64,000 nucleotides of DNA, from assembly GCA_964016885.1 (NCBI GenBank), contig OZ024741.1, forward strand, positions 239,878,001 through 239,942,000. Reading direction: 5' to 3'. Below the pieces are notes generated by a model. That model was not told the origin of the DNA, made no database searches, and was given only the letters and a program-made list of their open reading frames with translations. The first letter of the stretch is position 1. Each line of letters begins with the position of its first letter. Shown piece by piece: positions 1 through 14,771 of the stretch. Both the position numbers and the translations under genes were made by a program. The DNA is from Eledone cirrhosa (taxonomy: Eukaryota).

Positions 1-1539
1 AAGGGAGATATTTATTTAAATAGTTAAACTATAACAATATGTAGATTTTCTTAGCAGAAATACTAGGTACACTTTGGGAAATAGATTGCAATTATTAAAC
101 AGAGTTAATATATGGGAGGAAGAGGACTCTCCAGTTTGGACAAGCTTACAATGACCTTTCATGTGCTGGTGCCACAATAAAATACACCCAGTACACTCTG
201 TAAAGTGGGTGGCATTAAGAAGAGCATCCAGTCATAGAAACCATGCCAATGGAATGTATGAGGAAGATGAGGCCTCTTCAACCTGTCTTATCTTTGACCA
301 TAACAACATATTCAGCTGCTGTCAGCATGAAAAGTGGATGTAAAATGGTGATGATGATGATAATCTGTTTTGGATCAAAATTTCATTAGGGAAGGATGGA
401 GGAAAAAGAATAAACACAGATAATTTTGATTTGTATTTTATTAAAAAAAAATTAAATAGGAAAGACACCACAGGTAATATTTCGTTTTCATATAAGGACA
501 CATAAAAACTTGGCTAAAACAATTATGTGTTTCTCTGTATGTAACACCACTATAATTCAACAGAACATTTACAGACTACATCCAGTGCAATATATTTACA
601 GTGTCTGAGTACCAATTAAGTAAATTTGATATGAAAATATTTAAATATAAATGAATGGTAGTAACTTAAGAATAATTTGAGGTAATCTCAAATTTGAGGC
701 AAGAGATCATTTGAAATAAGGAAAATAAATCATAAATCTGTAGAAGATAAGGTTTAAAAAATGTTAATATACCAACTGGGTTTAAATCAATACATTTACC
801 TTATTATTTTGAATTTGTATGCCAGAGAAAAAAAAATCAAAAACAAAAAACAAACATCCAGTGTCGGCTAAATATGATTAGCTCTAAGTAGAATACATTT
901 TCTATTAAAGTATACATATCAAGAACAATTTAGAATGTTTTATGTAAAATATGTATATTGTTTAGAAATCAAAACAAAAGAAAAACAGCAACAAAAGTAA
1001 TTAAAAGAATGTCAGTAAATGTAATTCATGAATCATCTAAAATTATTCTGGTCGCAGTTTCTTTTCATACTTAATGACCAATGAGATTTTCTCTGAAATG
1101 AAAAGGATTTGTACACAAAATCCCCAGGTTATTTTGAAGATTAATCTGGGGTTTTTTTTAAAACATGAAGCAACACACACACACACATACACACACACAC
1201 ACACACACAAATAAAACTAGGATGCCACATAGCTTCTTCGTTTAGTGTCTGTTATTGAAAAAAAATTAAGCGTTCTATCTATTAAGCTGATAACTCAAAG
1301 CTTTAAATTTATCAGGAATGGCATATTCCAAATTTAAATTTTACATAGTGGAACAAATAATCTAAAAGATTATATTTCATTGGATGAATTTATAAGCAAC
1401 CACCCCAATAAAAAAAAAACACTGCAAGGAAGAAGTTTTATAGCAGAATAGACTAACCATAAGATGGTTCTTATCGCAAATACGATCATGTAACACATGA
1501 ATCATTGCTGGAGGAAAGTATAGTCTATCAATCAATCAT

Positions 1540-2780
1540 TCTAGTATCATCTGCGTCAAAGGTCAGCTTGAGATGACATATCACTTCTTTTTGTTGTTCA
1601 CATAACTATGTTGCCTTTTATTGGCATTTTGACAAAATTCTTATTAGTCTTCCACATATATATTTGTATTCTCTTTGTCCTCTGCCTCTTTCCTTTTGAA
1701 ATGGTTTTCATCTTAGTGTTGTCTCTTTTGGTATATTCAAAGATTTATATTTTCTTAGGTGTAACATAAAAAAAAAAAAAAATTTTTTTTCCATCCATTT
1801 TATACAATCTGATTATCCAAATACCGATAATCCAAATGATTCCATGTCTTTCCATTTCTTTATTAGATAAAAAGTTTTTTTAACTCTTTACAAAACTTTA
1901 TTTAGTGAAAAATATCAAGAATATTTTTCTCCACTAACAATTCTCAATCATGTATAGATCATGATATTTAAATTTTATTCTTTGGTCTATGATATTCAAA
2001 ATGATGTCTGCTTCTTTCTCCATACCTGGATATTACCAATGTTTGCATTTTCTTTTACATTCATATCTAGTTGAAATATTTTGCTTTTATCCTATACTGT
2101 GTTAACTGATTATATTTTCTTTTTCATTTACTAATAGTTTCATTTATGTACCTCAGAGGATATCAATATTTCTACCTTCAATGTTTATGCCATTAAGAGT
2201 TATATTTTCGCTGAAATTCAGTGTAGTTTTTGAAGAAATAAGAAGAGAATATGCAGCCTTGTCTTACACCTCACTATTGAGCAAGGTGTGAGGCTTCTTA
2301 CAGAATTCTCATAGCTTTCTTTTGTTCACAGTTGAAGTGCATCATTGGTCTGATCTTCACTCAGCATTTCCACATTTGAACTTATCACACTTTATCAAGA
2401 GTCATTGTATGATGTTTCAGTTGACTACAACTTCTTCTGTACTGTCTGCTTGAATTTCACATTATCCTTCAATAACTCACACAATTCTTTTTTGTATTTT
2501 CATGTTCCACTACTAGTTTAAAAATAATTTGATATGTATAATTTAAGACTGAAAGTTCTGATGTTTGGGCATTCCACTGTTTTTGGTTTCTTGCAATCAT
2601 GTATGAGACTTCATAATTTTTTTTCATGTGTGTCTGGCATAAACATTTTCTTCAACAGGTTTATCATTTTTGTGAAATATTGAAATCTTTTAATCCTATG
2701 TTCTCATTTCATCCTCACCAAGTATATTTTTTACTTTCATTGTCTTGAATATTTCCTCCAGCAGCCTTCATAACAATAAG
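1540..2780 (-). mobile_element. Very degenerate non-LTR RT remnant
   Basis: Antisense GVRQG (agccttgtcttacacc ~2256) and YxYL-like motifs; no ORF. Confidence 0.45.
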
Positions 2781-3419
2781 CATATTTGTTTTGTTTAAAA
2801 AGATTACACTATATATAATATAATAAAGTTACCACAGCTGAGTGTGTAATTAGAATTCTGGAATTCTTGTGAATGAATGTTAATTCCACTCAGACATTCC
2901 ACTGGGGAGCAGTTTGACTTTCTAAGATAGGGAGCATTTTCTGCTGAAATATATAAAAAAATAAAATAAATACACACACACAAACATGTGTGGTGTCAAC
3001 TGTCACAATTGAAATGAAAAAAGAAAATTAAAATATACTGTCATACTAGAAACAAATTATATATAATTCAGTTTATTCATTGTGTAACTTATTGAATAAT
3101 GTGTTTCACCTTATAATAGATATGAATGATAGATTTCAGTGTTGTTCTTGTCTGACAAGTGATTTGATTTGTGGTAATATGGTGAAACTGAAAGAATCAT
3201 TTCAGCCATTTAAGAACAGACAAAAACTGTTACATTTACTTTTCATTAATTTCTTAATAGTGCTGTCTACTATGAATATCCCAAAATTTGGTTGTACTCC
3301 TGCAACCTGGTCACTGACACAAGTATTGTCAGTGACCAGGCAGCAGAACTATGATGAAACTATTTGACACAAAAAGGCTGAGTGTGTCCTAGCATTACTC
3401 AATAAGACCTTTGTCAGCC

Positions 3420-3518
3420 ACTTTCCTGACATTTGTACATTATTCTATGTACTATATATATACAACTTTGATGAGTTGTAGTGCACCTGTGCACTGTACA
3501 CAATTTTCATTATTATAA
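3420..3518 (+). mobile_element. 3' UTR fragment of the same CR1/L2-group element
   Basis: cctgacatttgtacattattctatgtactata...gatgagttgtagtgcacct..gcactgtacacaa matches 43028-43048 plus 43247-43320. Confidence 0.7.
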
Positions 3519-5025
3519 TAGACAGTACAGTTAAAAAATAAATGAGAAGTGAATTTAACAGTTTTTGTGTCTTCTTACATGGCTAAAATGACTCTTCCAT
3601 TACATTATAGATGTTAAAAGAAAATATAGTGAAGAATAAGAATATTTTACATCCGATATCAGGTGCCTCTGATATGGTTATCATGGGATAGTCAAGCAGC
3701 ACAGGTCGGTTCTAGAAGAGTAAGCCTCAATAAGAATCCTGCTTGTCTCATAATAAGTAATAGTTCATGCAGTGACCATCAGTTTAATTAGATGACCTCA
3801 GCATCATGAAGACCAGTGGTTTTGCAGATGATTGACTATTAATTTGAAAATGGGTTGGCACAACTGCTCCAATTAGCAGAGATCTTTAGGAGAGATGTGT
3901 TAAACAAACAATTTTCAATTTCGTTATTTTTGCATAGTTGCAAGAAATAAAATATTAGTTTTGTCAATTTTTTTTTTCTATGTTTCTCTAGAAGTTTTTA
4001 GAAGTCTTTTTTAGAAGGCTGCGTTGTTTTACGATTTAGAAGGGAGTTCGTTTCCCTAGCTTGGCTGCTAGAACATCTCTTCTATTTGTTGTTAGGTGTA
4101 AGTAAACAATTAAGCAAAAAGAACATACCTCGAGATTATATGTACATGAGCATTTTAATCAGAGCAATAAACAAAACAGGTTATCATATCAGTTGCTCCT
4201 TGATTGGTAATTCGTAATTATCATTAAGTGGCAGTGTTCAAATATCCCGTGACCGCATGGTGTGATATCGCTGTTTCGCCACAGTGAAATGCGTCTGCTT
4301 GCATCAACACACAAAGTTGAAAAGAGAATGTATTCAGCTACTGACGTCAGAACTAAGGGCAGTTAATTGACTGCCTCCAAAGTCAAAGCCAGGTGGCGTG
4401 ATCTTCTACAGATCTATGAGTATGCAGGTGTGGCACACCACAATATACTAGCAATTAGAAAAAGCAAAATACGCTTCACCTTCGATAGAGGGATGATTCA
4501 AGAAGAAAAAGACATCTAATATGTAAATTTCATATATATGTAGATAAAATGTGTATCTGATTTAGAAAAGGTACACCGATGCCTGATTGTCATAAATGGT
4601 GAATAAAAGGGTTAGTGTCAGGAAGGACATCCAGTTGTAAAATATTGCCTCAAAATAAGTACTGACCAACCCATGCCAGCATGAAGGAAACACCACAGAA
4701 ACAATGATAGATATGGACTGGGCCAATACTGGCTGAAACCTATCAAAGTTATATTGCTTTAAAAATAAGTGATTTGTTGCAAACCATCTCATTAATTTTT
4801 TATTGAAGAAAAACAGATGTAAAGAGTAAAAGGAAAGTAGTGTATCAATAATTTCTAATATATAAACTACAAATAAATAAAAGTTAAACGGTTTTAACAT
4901 AGTTGTTAATTTTAGTATTGCCTAAATGTTGCATATTCTGTCTGCCATTCTGTTTTCAATATTACACTCATGATGGATTGTTAGGAATGCTAGAGAGCTG
5001 TGTCTGCTTAAGTATACTTCTGTAG

Positions 5026-5058
<33 letters not shown>

Positions 5059-6734
5059 TCATTAGTAGTGTTGGTACCACAAAAAACACTCAGTTCAACC
5101 TGTAGGTTGGTAGTGCTGGAGTCACAATAAAATGCTTCCAGTACGCACTGTAAAGTGGTAGGCGATAAGAAGGGCATCCAACTGTAGAAGCCAAGCCAAA
5201 AATGAAGCATACAAGCAGGAAATGGTGACCTGACCAGTCTAGCTTCAGTATACAACCTTTCTAACCCATGCAAGCATGGAAAAAAACATATGTTGCATTT
5301 GCATAACTATATTTCTGTAGAAATAGATTAACTGATAGACAGATAGGTTAATAGAGAAATAGATAGATCAAATGATTGATAAACAACTTGATAAATATGA
5401 AAAAGGTGTACATTAAAAAATTTAAGTTTTGACTGTTCAATGTTATTACTATAAAACAGCAGAGCTAGACATATTGATTAGAAATGTGCATTAAAAGATG
5501 GTCTCTTCTTACTATGAATGAAAAGAAGTACAATTCCAATGTGATAACAGCCACCCACCACTTATTTGAAAAAAATAATTTTATTTAACTCATGCAAGCA
5601 TGGCAAAAGCAGACATAAAAAATGATGATCATCTTTGTAACATTGTTTTCTCTGCAAGGATTGATTTTCTTTCTTACTATAGGCACTACACTTCTTTCAC
5701 ATATTTACTCATTTATGATTCTTAATCCTTATTTCAGATTAAATGTTACTCAGATTATTACTGCTTTTATGCTTCTATAATATTTTCATTCAATTCCAAT
5801 CACCTAGTCTTTTTATTCTTTCCTTTTTCAATTTTTTTTTTGCGTGCACATATCCAACCACCCACCTACTCACCCACAAACAGCATGCACTACTGTTGTT
5901 ACATCTGTTTTACTTTATTGATTACTTCTATGATGTCTGCCTGAGATGACAGTAATAATCAATGATGAAAAAAAAACATTTTTTTTCTTCGTTTTTCAAA
6001 ATTTTGCATTTTTTATCAAGTTATTTTAATATTTAGTATATAGCCTAACTCTATTCAGCATGCCATATGTTCAGTGAGCTACATTTTATGGAAAATGAAA
6101 TAAGTTACATGAAAATAAAATGCAGTAGAAATATGTACACATGCAGTTACATAGCAACATAACTTCTTTTAGATATTGATGGTTTTAATAATACTGGTAA
6201 CAATAGTTGTTGTTTAACACCAGTTCAAATCAGATTGAGCAGACCTATGATCAAAAGTATTTTAGCCAGGAACATCTTTTAGGGAGTATCTCGGAATACA
6301 TTGGCTGATGCATTTTTTTCTTTGACGAGGTAGGATGTGATTTGAGGGAGCTTTGGCACCTGCACTAGTGAAATTGCTTAGTCTCTGGTAAGACTAAAGA
6401 TTCCTCTCTGCTTTATGCTGTTGTTCAAGTCAATGTAACCCATAGAAAAACGAAGCAGTTATACACTAAAGGCTGCATCACTTACTTGTCATGTATGGCT
6501 AGAATGACTTTGAGCATAGGTCTGCATGATCTAGCCTATCCTCAATATATACAACAACTGGCAACTTCATTCTATCACAATGTGTTTTGACACAGTTATC
6601 AGATTCAATGTACATTAATGTTATCTTTCTCACATCTTCCCTCAACTTTTCATTATGTTACTTCACTACTAATTACATCCTCCAACACATTACTCTACTT
6701 TTACAGCCTTAATACAACTAAAAACTACACTCAT

Positions 6735-8370
6735 CATCGTTATCATTTAACATCTGCTTTCCCTGCTAGCAAAGGCTGGACGGGTATTCATAGACCAAGT
6801 CAGTACTGAAGCGGGGCTACTGATCTCCCAGTCAGACTGAGGGGTCTGCATCCTGCTTATGTATGGTCATATCGATTGCAGAGAAGTTGTCTTTTGACAC
6901 AAACTGAAGGGTCCTCTCAAACCTTTGTTTGGTAAGCTTTCTATGTCTGAATGCCCTTTCTATCACCAACCACAGTACAGCATGTACTAGATGTGTTTAT
7001 CTTGTTGATCACCAATACTAAAGAGGTTGTTGTGTTTTTGACACAACTAAAAGGTCCTCTCAACCCTTTTATACATGGATTCTACAGCAGGGTGCCCTTC
7101 TTATTGCCATCCACTCTTACAGAGAGTACAGAGTGCACCATCACTAGAGAGGTTGTTAGTCTTAGACCCAACTGTAGAGCCCTCTCTTCTCTGGAGAGGG
7201 AGTTAGTTATGAAGTTAAAGGTGTAAGTGGTGTGAGGGATGTGGTCAACAGGGTGGGAGGCATGGTAGAGAGATGGGTAAGGGGTAGCTGATTAGTGTAT
7301 GGGGAGATAGGATGTAGTGGTGTGGTCGATAGAGAGGTAAGGGAGGATGAATAAGAGATAGAGAGAATAACTACTAGGGTGCAATAGCAATTATATTTAA
7401 GGGATTTAGAGAGGAGTAGTAGTTAAGGAGTGGTTCTGGGTGGTCGGTGCAGTAATGATGAGGATAGGGTGTAGGGAGTGCTAGTGGTAGGGAGGGGGGA
7501 CAGGCTCATGGCTAATGCAGGTCATTTTGTATACTTCTGGCTGGTCTTCACCACAGCATAGTGCCAGCCCTCGCGATTCTTGTTATCTCAGTTGTGAGGC
7601 TTAGTTTCTTAAGGTCGCTCTTCACTACCTCATCCCATCTCTTCCTGGGTCTGTCTTTTCCTCAGATTCCTGTCACAGGGATTGCCCTGCATTTCTTTAT
7701 GCAGCTGCTATCCTCCATATGCATCACATATTCATACCAGTTCAGTGTTCTTTCTTGCACATTACATCCCATTTTTCTTATATCAAGTCTTCCTCTCAGT
7801 TCACTTATGCTATATCGTTCATGCATGCTAACATTACACATTCATTGGAGCATACCCGCTCCAATTATTTCCAGCCTTCGCAGCTCTTCTGCAGTTAAGG
7901 CCCATGTTCCACTGCCATGTAGTATTGCAGTTGGCATGCAAGCATCATATAGTTTCTCCCTCACCCCGAGTGAGAAGCCCTTTGTTGTCAGCAGAGGTAT
8001 CAGCTCTTTAAACTTCTTCCAGTCTGTTCTGATCCTGGCTATCACACTTTCAGTGCATACTGCATACTCTCCCACTGCTAATTTGATCACCTAAATAAAA
8101 AAAGCTTTTGACAACTTCTAAGGAGCCTCCCCGGCAGCCAAAGGAATCTACTTCACATGTGTTTTCAGTGCTTACTTCTCCTGAGCATCTGCCACATACC
8201 CAAGTCTATCTTTTCAGTTAATCTACCTGCAATAGATTGCACTGTATGCACCTACAATTTCTGCCCACCCCTTTCTGACATATCAAACAAAGCCATTTGC
8301 CTGATAGAACTATCCCCTATACTCTTTTCTACTCATTAACACTTTGTCTTTGCTAAGTTTAGTTTTAGGC
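6735..8370 (-). mobile_element. Older RTE LINE 3' fragment with long 3' UTR
   Basis: ORF 7842..8090 has ARIRTDWKKFKELIPLL..ILHGSGTW; RTE-type tail near 6735-6790. Confidence 0.75.
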
Positions 8371-8869
8371 CTAAAAATATTAGACTTAACAATAACTAAT
8401 AATCATTCATATGATCAAACATATTTTGCATAATGAAAATTGTCTTACAAATACTGGGTTTTCTTTGAAGATTGAAAACAAAAATATTTTATCTTTTGAT
8501 TGATATTATTTACCTTGGGGTTTGGTTTTTGGGTATTTAAATTCTCACCACATTTTGTTAGCCTTTATCTTGGCAAAAATCTCAGAAATTTTAGAACTGA
8601 TAGTAACAATATTACAATTATTAAAATTCTGTTAAGCACATAAATGGCAAGCACTTACAGTTATATACAATAAACTCAAAGTTCTTTACCTGTGATAATT
8701 TGAGGTGTATTTTTCTTCGAAATAAGATTTCATATTTGTTGATATCAAGACAATTTAGTGTGAACATTTAAAATTTCTTTTGAAATTCTTGATGTTTGGA
8801 CTGTATCTTTTGTCTGGTAAAACAATTGAAAATGAGAGTGAGCTACATCATTGATGTACACTAGTAATA

Positions 8870-9646
8870 AACACAATTCTTCAGTATTCACCTTTATAAT
8901 AAAAATATGGATGAGAAAGATATATATATTGATGACAGAGGAAAATTTTGACTTAGAGTCATTGAATTTGCTTTAAAAAAAAACAAAGCAATTGTGCAAG
9001 GTCTAGGAAATTTGTTGAGAAAAATATTAAGTTTGGAGAAAAGACAAAGCCTATCTGGAGAACATACTCAGCAGTAAACAATTTCTAAGGGAAAAGTAAC
9101 CTCACTATCCAAAACTGGTAGAATGGGTGGAGGATAAGAGAAAAGATATTTTGGTTATACTACATATAATGTTACAAGTAAATAAAATGCTAAATGATGA
9201 TTTTCAAAAAGACTCTTTAGTCCTCATGTTAAAATGCAAAATTTTCACAGAAGATTCTCTCTGAGCTGGATAAGATTGTATAGTTTCATAACTTTGTAAT
9301 AAAAATGAGAAAGCAGCATAGCTCTGAGCTGAGTAAAATTGGAAACATGGATGAGATACCCATAACTTTTCACATACCAAGAAACAGAGCACCGAATAAA
9401 GCTGCCTATATTAAAACAACAGGATATAGAAAAAACAATTTACTGCAGTTTTTGTTTCGTTTAGTACAGGCATGTCAAACTGAGGGTCCCCTGAAGGCCA
9501 CATCAGTCACATATGTGTTGTCTGAGGGCCACACATTATATATATATATATATATATATTACACACACAGAAATGTATATATATTTCTGTGTGTGTATAT
9601 ATATATATATATATATTACACACACACAGAAATGTATATATATTTC

Positions 9647-9677
<31 letters not shown>

Positions 9678-10500
9678 TACACACACACAGAAATGTATAT
9701 GTTTCTGTAGCACTCCTCAATTCCCCCCTCTCTCCCCCTCTTGTAGTCTGTCTCTTTCTTTCACTCTCACTCTCTCTCTCTACACGTGCGCAAAAAACAT
9801 TCGCACGCGCGCACGTGTTTTAGCGTCTATTCACTCTCTCTCTCTCTCCCACTCTCCCTCCCGCTATCCCCCTCTCGTAGTCTGTCTCTTTCTTTCACTC
9901 TCACTCTCTCTCTACGCGTGCGCAAAAAACATTCGCACGCGCGCACGTGTTTCCACTGTTGGACAGATAGACAAACAGAAATTGCTGGTTATATATTATA
10001 AGGAGATAAAACATGCTTGCACTGCAAAAATCTTTGTGTGGACCGCAGGTGTGCTTATAAAGGGCCGCATGATTGACATGCCTGGTTTAGTAAATGGAAC
10101 CAAACTAAATCTTATGGTCATTTTAAAAAGAAAGTCAATTCTAAAAAGTAAAAATATCTGTAGTTATTGTTTACAGCCATCCTAAAAGCTAGATGGATAA
10201 AGAAGGCACAGATTTATGGCTGAAAAGTTTGGGATAAACAATCTGAAGACTTGTTGATGTGGGATCAGTTTAGAGCTCACATTACTGAACTACTGAAACA
10301 CATTGAGAAATATGAAAAAAAAACAAATCATCAAGCTGTAATACCATGTGGTTTGACATGTTCTTCAGCCTCTTGTTTTAAATAAACCATTTAAGGGTAA
10401 GTTAGCAAGCACTGGATATCATAGATTTCAGTTGATGGATCGAAAAAATAGCAGGGGGCAATTTAAAATGTGCCTGAAATTACTATTGGAATTATAGTAG
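8870..10500 (+). mobile_element. pogo/Tigger-like DDE transposase remnant, split by the MITE
   Basis: IGNMDEIPITFHIP..IKTTG | NGTKLNLMVILKRK...WDQFRAH...NKPFK across frames. Confidence 0.7.
9467..10084. mobile_element. hAT-type MITE expanded by internal tandem repeats
   Basis: TIR caggcatgtcaa/ttgacatgcctg; 8-bp TSD gtttagta at 9459-9466 and 10085-10092. Confidence 0.9.
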
Positions 10501-12898
10501 AATATAGTTTAATAGTTCCAATATATTAGAAAAAACATCAACCAGTATATATTAGCATAATTCAAGTTGTAGTTCAGCCAAAGGGCACTAATAATGATAT
10601 ACATTGAATAAAACCATAAAATAAGTTTGTAAGCTCTGAGGAACGGGTTTTTCTGACATTTTGGAGACAGGCTCTCCTTAAAAAAATGCAGAGATATATT
10701 GAGAGGCTGTAAGTAAATTTTACAGCTTTCCAATAGAGTTCAAAGTTTATTTAATTACATTACAATATTATCTTCTATGTTAATATTGTACATCCAAAGG
10801 ACTCTGCAAAAGTTATTCTTCTCTAATTACTGTATATAAACCAAAGATTTATTACCAATGTTTTACTGCTGTGCTGCAGCACACAGTTACACATAACTCA
10901 GATTATTAATTTGTTTTTCAAAAGGAGAAAAAATAAAAACATGTATCATCAAAGAAAATAACAATTTTCTAAACAACTTCCTAACCACTATGTGACCATT
11001 AGAGTTTTCCTCCCTTACATTAATTAATACTACTAAGTTAAAATTGCAAAATATACAAAAACTACTGAGATGATAAAATCACTTGTGTTTTTATTGTTTA
11101 TCTTGGTTACTGGATCATTTAATAATTTATGTGTAGTTGTTATCCTATTGAAATGAAAATATATCAAGTACATGTATGTGCATTCATAATTATAGTACAT
11201 TGCTTTCACACACACACACATTTCACCTATTTTTCTCTATCCTCCCACCTTCTCTCTCTGAAAATGGAGATGTGAAGTTCTCAAAATGTTAATAGACTTT
11301 TGGATTTAACCCTTTTGTATTTACATTACTCTATATATACTATTGTATTTTCACAGAAAAGGCTTTACTTTACATAATTATGTCACATAATATTGAAAAT
11401 ATGAGGTTTTGATATTATTTATTTTGAGAACAATACCTTGACATAAGTATGAGCAGCCGATTATGACTGGTTTAAGCAGAAAAAGGTAAGAGAATTCTGG
11501 CCGGATATGGGCAGTTTAAATGTTAAAGGGTTAAGAATGCAATTGTTCCAAACCAAACATAATGAACTATTAAGGGAATATGTAAAATCCTTGATAAAAA
11601 GGATCAAACTTAAACACCGTTGTCTTCAATATAACACACATACACACATATATATATAATCAGAATAAATGAAATAATTATACAGAGTAAAATGAAATAA
11701 GAATTAAATGTTAAAGAAAATTAAGTGTAATGTGTATAATTTCATACTGATCATTTAGAATATTGCTTATGTTGTAAATGCTAGGATTCAAGTAACAATT
11801 ATTGAACTTCAAGTAGTTTACTGAAGTGTACCACATATAATGGAACAATAGAGATTTCACTGCTTTGAATCTTATACAATACAACTGATATCTGCTACCC
11901 CCAACTCATAGATATCTTTCTTTCTGTCATCATACTGTACACTCTATTCAGTCCCCTTCCTAATACCTTAAGGTGTAGTGAACAGAATTAAATGTATTTT
12001 CCTTTGGCAGAAGAATGATGTCACAGAGGTAAATTGGCTGAGGTGTGAGCCAATCAAGGCCCTCAGTGGATCGAGACAAGTTGCTGGACAACTTGGACGA
12101 GAGACACAGTCAGCTGACCGAGCAGAAACACAGTTTGCTGAACGACATCGTAGCGTCAAGACGTCCGACCTTTGATGCGCCACATTCTTTCACATCTCCA
12201 CTGGAAGATGCAGCCAACACGACTGGCCCCGATGTGAAGACTCTTCAACCTTTTCTTGTTACTATTTCGATTCCACATTTGTACAACCAATAAAAGGGAA
12301 TTTTTGTTATAATGGATTATGTCGTTTTCGTCATTGCCTTCTGAGTCGATAACTATATTAATATCTCCAGCGACACCTAATCTACGTTATAAAGGCTTCT
12401 AACTTTGTACCGAAAATACTACTACCACCTAAAGAAAATGTCATTTCCCACAGAGAAACATATATAAAAGTAAATAATGTCAGCTTTTATTGCAAAGTTA
12501 ATTGTATTTGGACCTGTATAGGGTTTTTAAATAATCCAATGTAGCTATATTATTGAAGAATAGATTGACAATAGATTGATGTTAATGCAGCATAGGGTTA
12601 TGTGCCTGCTGCTGTAGTAGGCATGTTAGTGCCTTCTTTATACTTCTTCACCTTATCCTATTAGTATTGGCTTGTGAAAGGCTGGGGCGATATCTATTGT
12701 TCAGAGTTTCTTTTGAAACTAGGCTTTATGCTTTGAATGACAAATAAATTTATGTCAACAGACCCCTTCAATCCCAACATCTTTTTCAACATGTCATTGT
12801 GTTTTAGAATATATATATATAGTCCCCCCACCACTCAAGCATGAACCTAATACTAACACTTTGTACTGCACTCTTTGTTATTGTTTTCTGTTTTAACT

Positions 12899-12929
<31 letters not shown>

Positions 12930-13222
12930 TCTATAACATCTAGGCACACATCTCAGCGTGTATGTACATAATCGAATAAATATTACTAGTCATTTATTTG
13001 AATTATAGATACTATATTTTATCTGAAACAAATAAAAAATATTCCTTACAGTTTAATAATAAAATAACAATCAGAATTGCTTTAAATTCAGGGATTGGTA
13101 GTAGTACAATGAAGCAGATTCAAATATTGTTATAAAAATTGAATTTATCTAAATATATTTCTTGGTTTCTGATAAAACTTCAACGTAAACATAAATAATA
13201 TTAAAAAAAAGAGTAATGAAAT

Positions 13223-13224
<2 letters not shown>

Positions 13225-13285
<61 letters not shown>

Positions 13286-13297
13286 GTGTGTGTGTGT
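13225..13297. repeat. (TA)n/(TG)n microsatellite
   Basis: Direct inspection; similar tracts at 25707-25832, 49302-49363 and 45122-45167. Confidence 0.95.
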
Positions 13298-14771
13298 TTA
13301 AATAAAAGGAAATTAATGGAGTCGATCATCACATTGGACCAAGGAAACAATACAATATTTCCATTAGTCTTTCTATTGATGTGACCATCTTCTTAATATG
13401 ACCATATAATTTCCTTGTGATGCTAAGTAATATAAATGTTTATTTGTTATATGAATTTATCTTTTTATATCTGACACAGAGAAAATAGCAAACATGGAAA
13501 AATCAAACTAATCAGCAATGTATATTAATATTAGAATCCTAGTTTAAAAAAGTAGATAATTTTTGTATGCTGTCTGTCAATGTCCAGTTTCTGACAGCAG
13601 TCAAGGAAGGGATGGATTCTATTCACTATCCCTCAATGTTTCACTAAATCAAGGACTATAATTACCAAGCAGTTTTCTCAATTCACAAAACTTTTTACCA
13701 GCATAAAATATATTTTTGGATCGTATTATAGTGATTGATACAAGTAACTATATTTATTTTATTTTCAAAATATTTTTCCTCTACCATTATTATTTTAAGA
13801 ATTTTAACAGAAAAACAAAAAGAATAGAATTTGAATGTTTCTTTATATGTATATATTCATGTATAAGCTACACCTTTTCCCATGAAATACATGAAAAACT
13901 ATTAACTAGCATGTAACTTATCTACTGGATCTACAAAACATCAATTCAATATATATGATACATTGTAATTGCTAGATACAAGAAAAAGGTGTGACTTATC
14001 TATTGCTGTGACATATACACAAGTATATATGGTATATATTTGTAATAATTGAAAAATAAAAAAATAGCATTATTCAATATTTCTAATGAATTATAAAATT
14101 ATTTCTTCTTAGATTTTATAGTTATATTGTAATTAAATAAAATATTTACTCCATCTTTAAGTACTTTATTCATAATATTTTTAATATAAACAGAAAATAT
14201 CTAGGGAACCAAGTGAATCTAATACAGAAATTAAAACTTTTAGGAGTTAAATTTATTAATATATTCAATTATTACTGTTTACATTAATTTGTTTTCTCTT
14301 ATTATAAATACAGTGTGTATTTAATAATCACCATTGCCTAATGTAAATATGCTACATTGTGCATATTATACTTTTTACTGTAATGTCCTGTTTATAATAA
14401 TACTTTACTTACAAGAGTAAAGAAATACATTTTATTAGCTATGTTGTTATTGCTATTTACTCCCAGCTCAACCCTATTCAAACAGATTTACGATAAAAGG
14501 CTCTCCAGCAATGACTAACTCAGTTTTAAAGGTTATCTAAGACTGCATTATCTAGTAGGTTGTGATACGAAAGTGTGATTTTTAGCAAATCAAGACCATT
14601 GGATCATATTAGCTTTGTTGCCAATATACTCTTAACAAAAGCTTCTAAATGATTACTTTTTTTACCTTATAAAATTTGTAAGTAATAGAGTCACACTGTT
14701 CTGTATTTGTTTTTAAAAAAAATCGTAGTTTTTAGATGTTTAAATAAATATATTCTTTTTAGAATTATATT

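Noticed and set aside
9507-10185. YIYI/CVCV-rich ORFs and CRISPR-like periodicity
   Set aside because: Microsatellite translations; the units lack unique spacers and there are no cas genes in this eukaryotic DNA.
11255-11300. Hammerhead-like ctgaaaatggaga...tctcaaaatgtt
   Set aside because: Both core boxes deviate from CUGANGA and GAAA; at best a dead PLE remnant.
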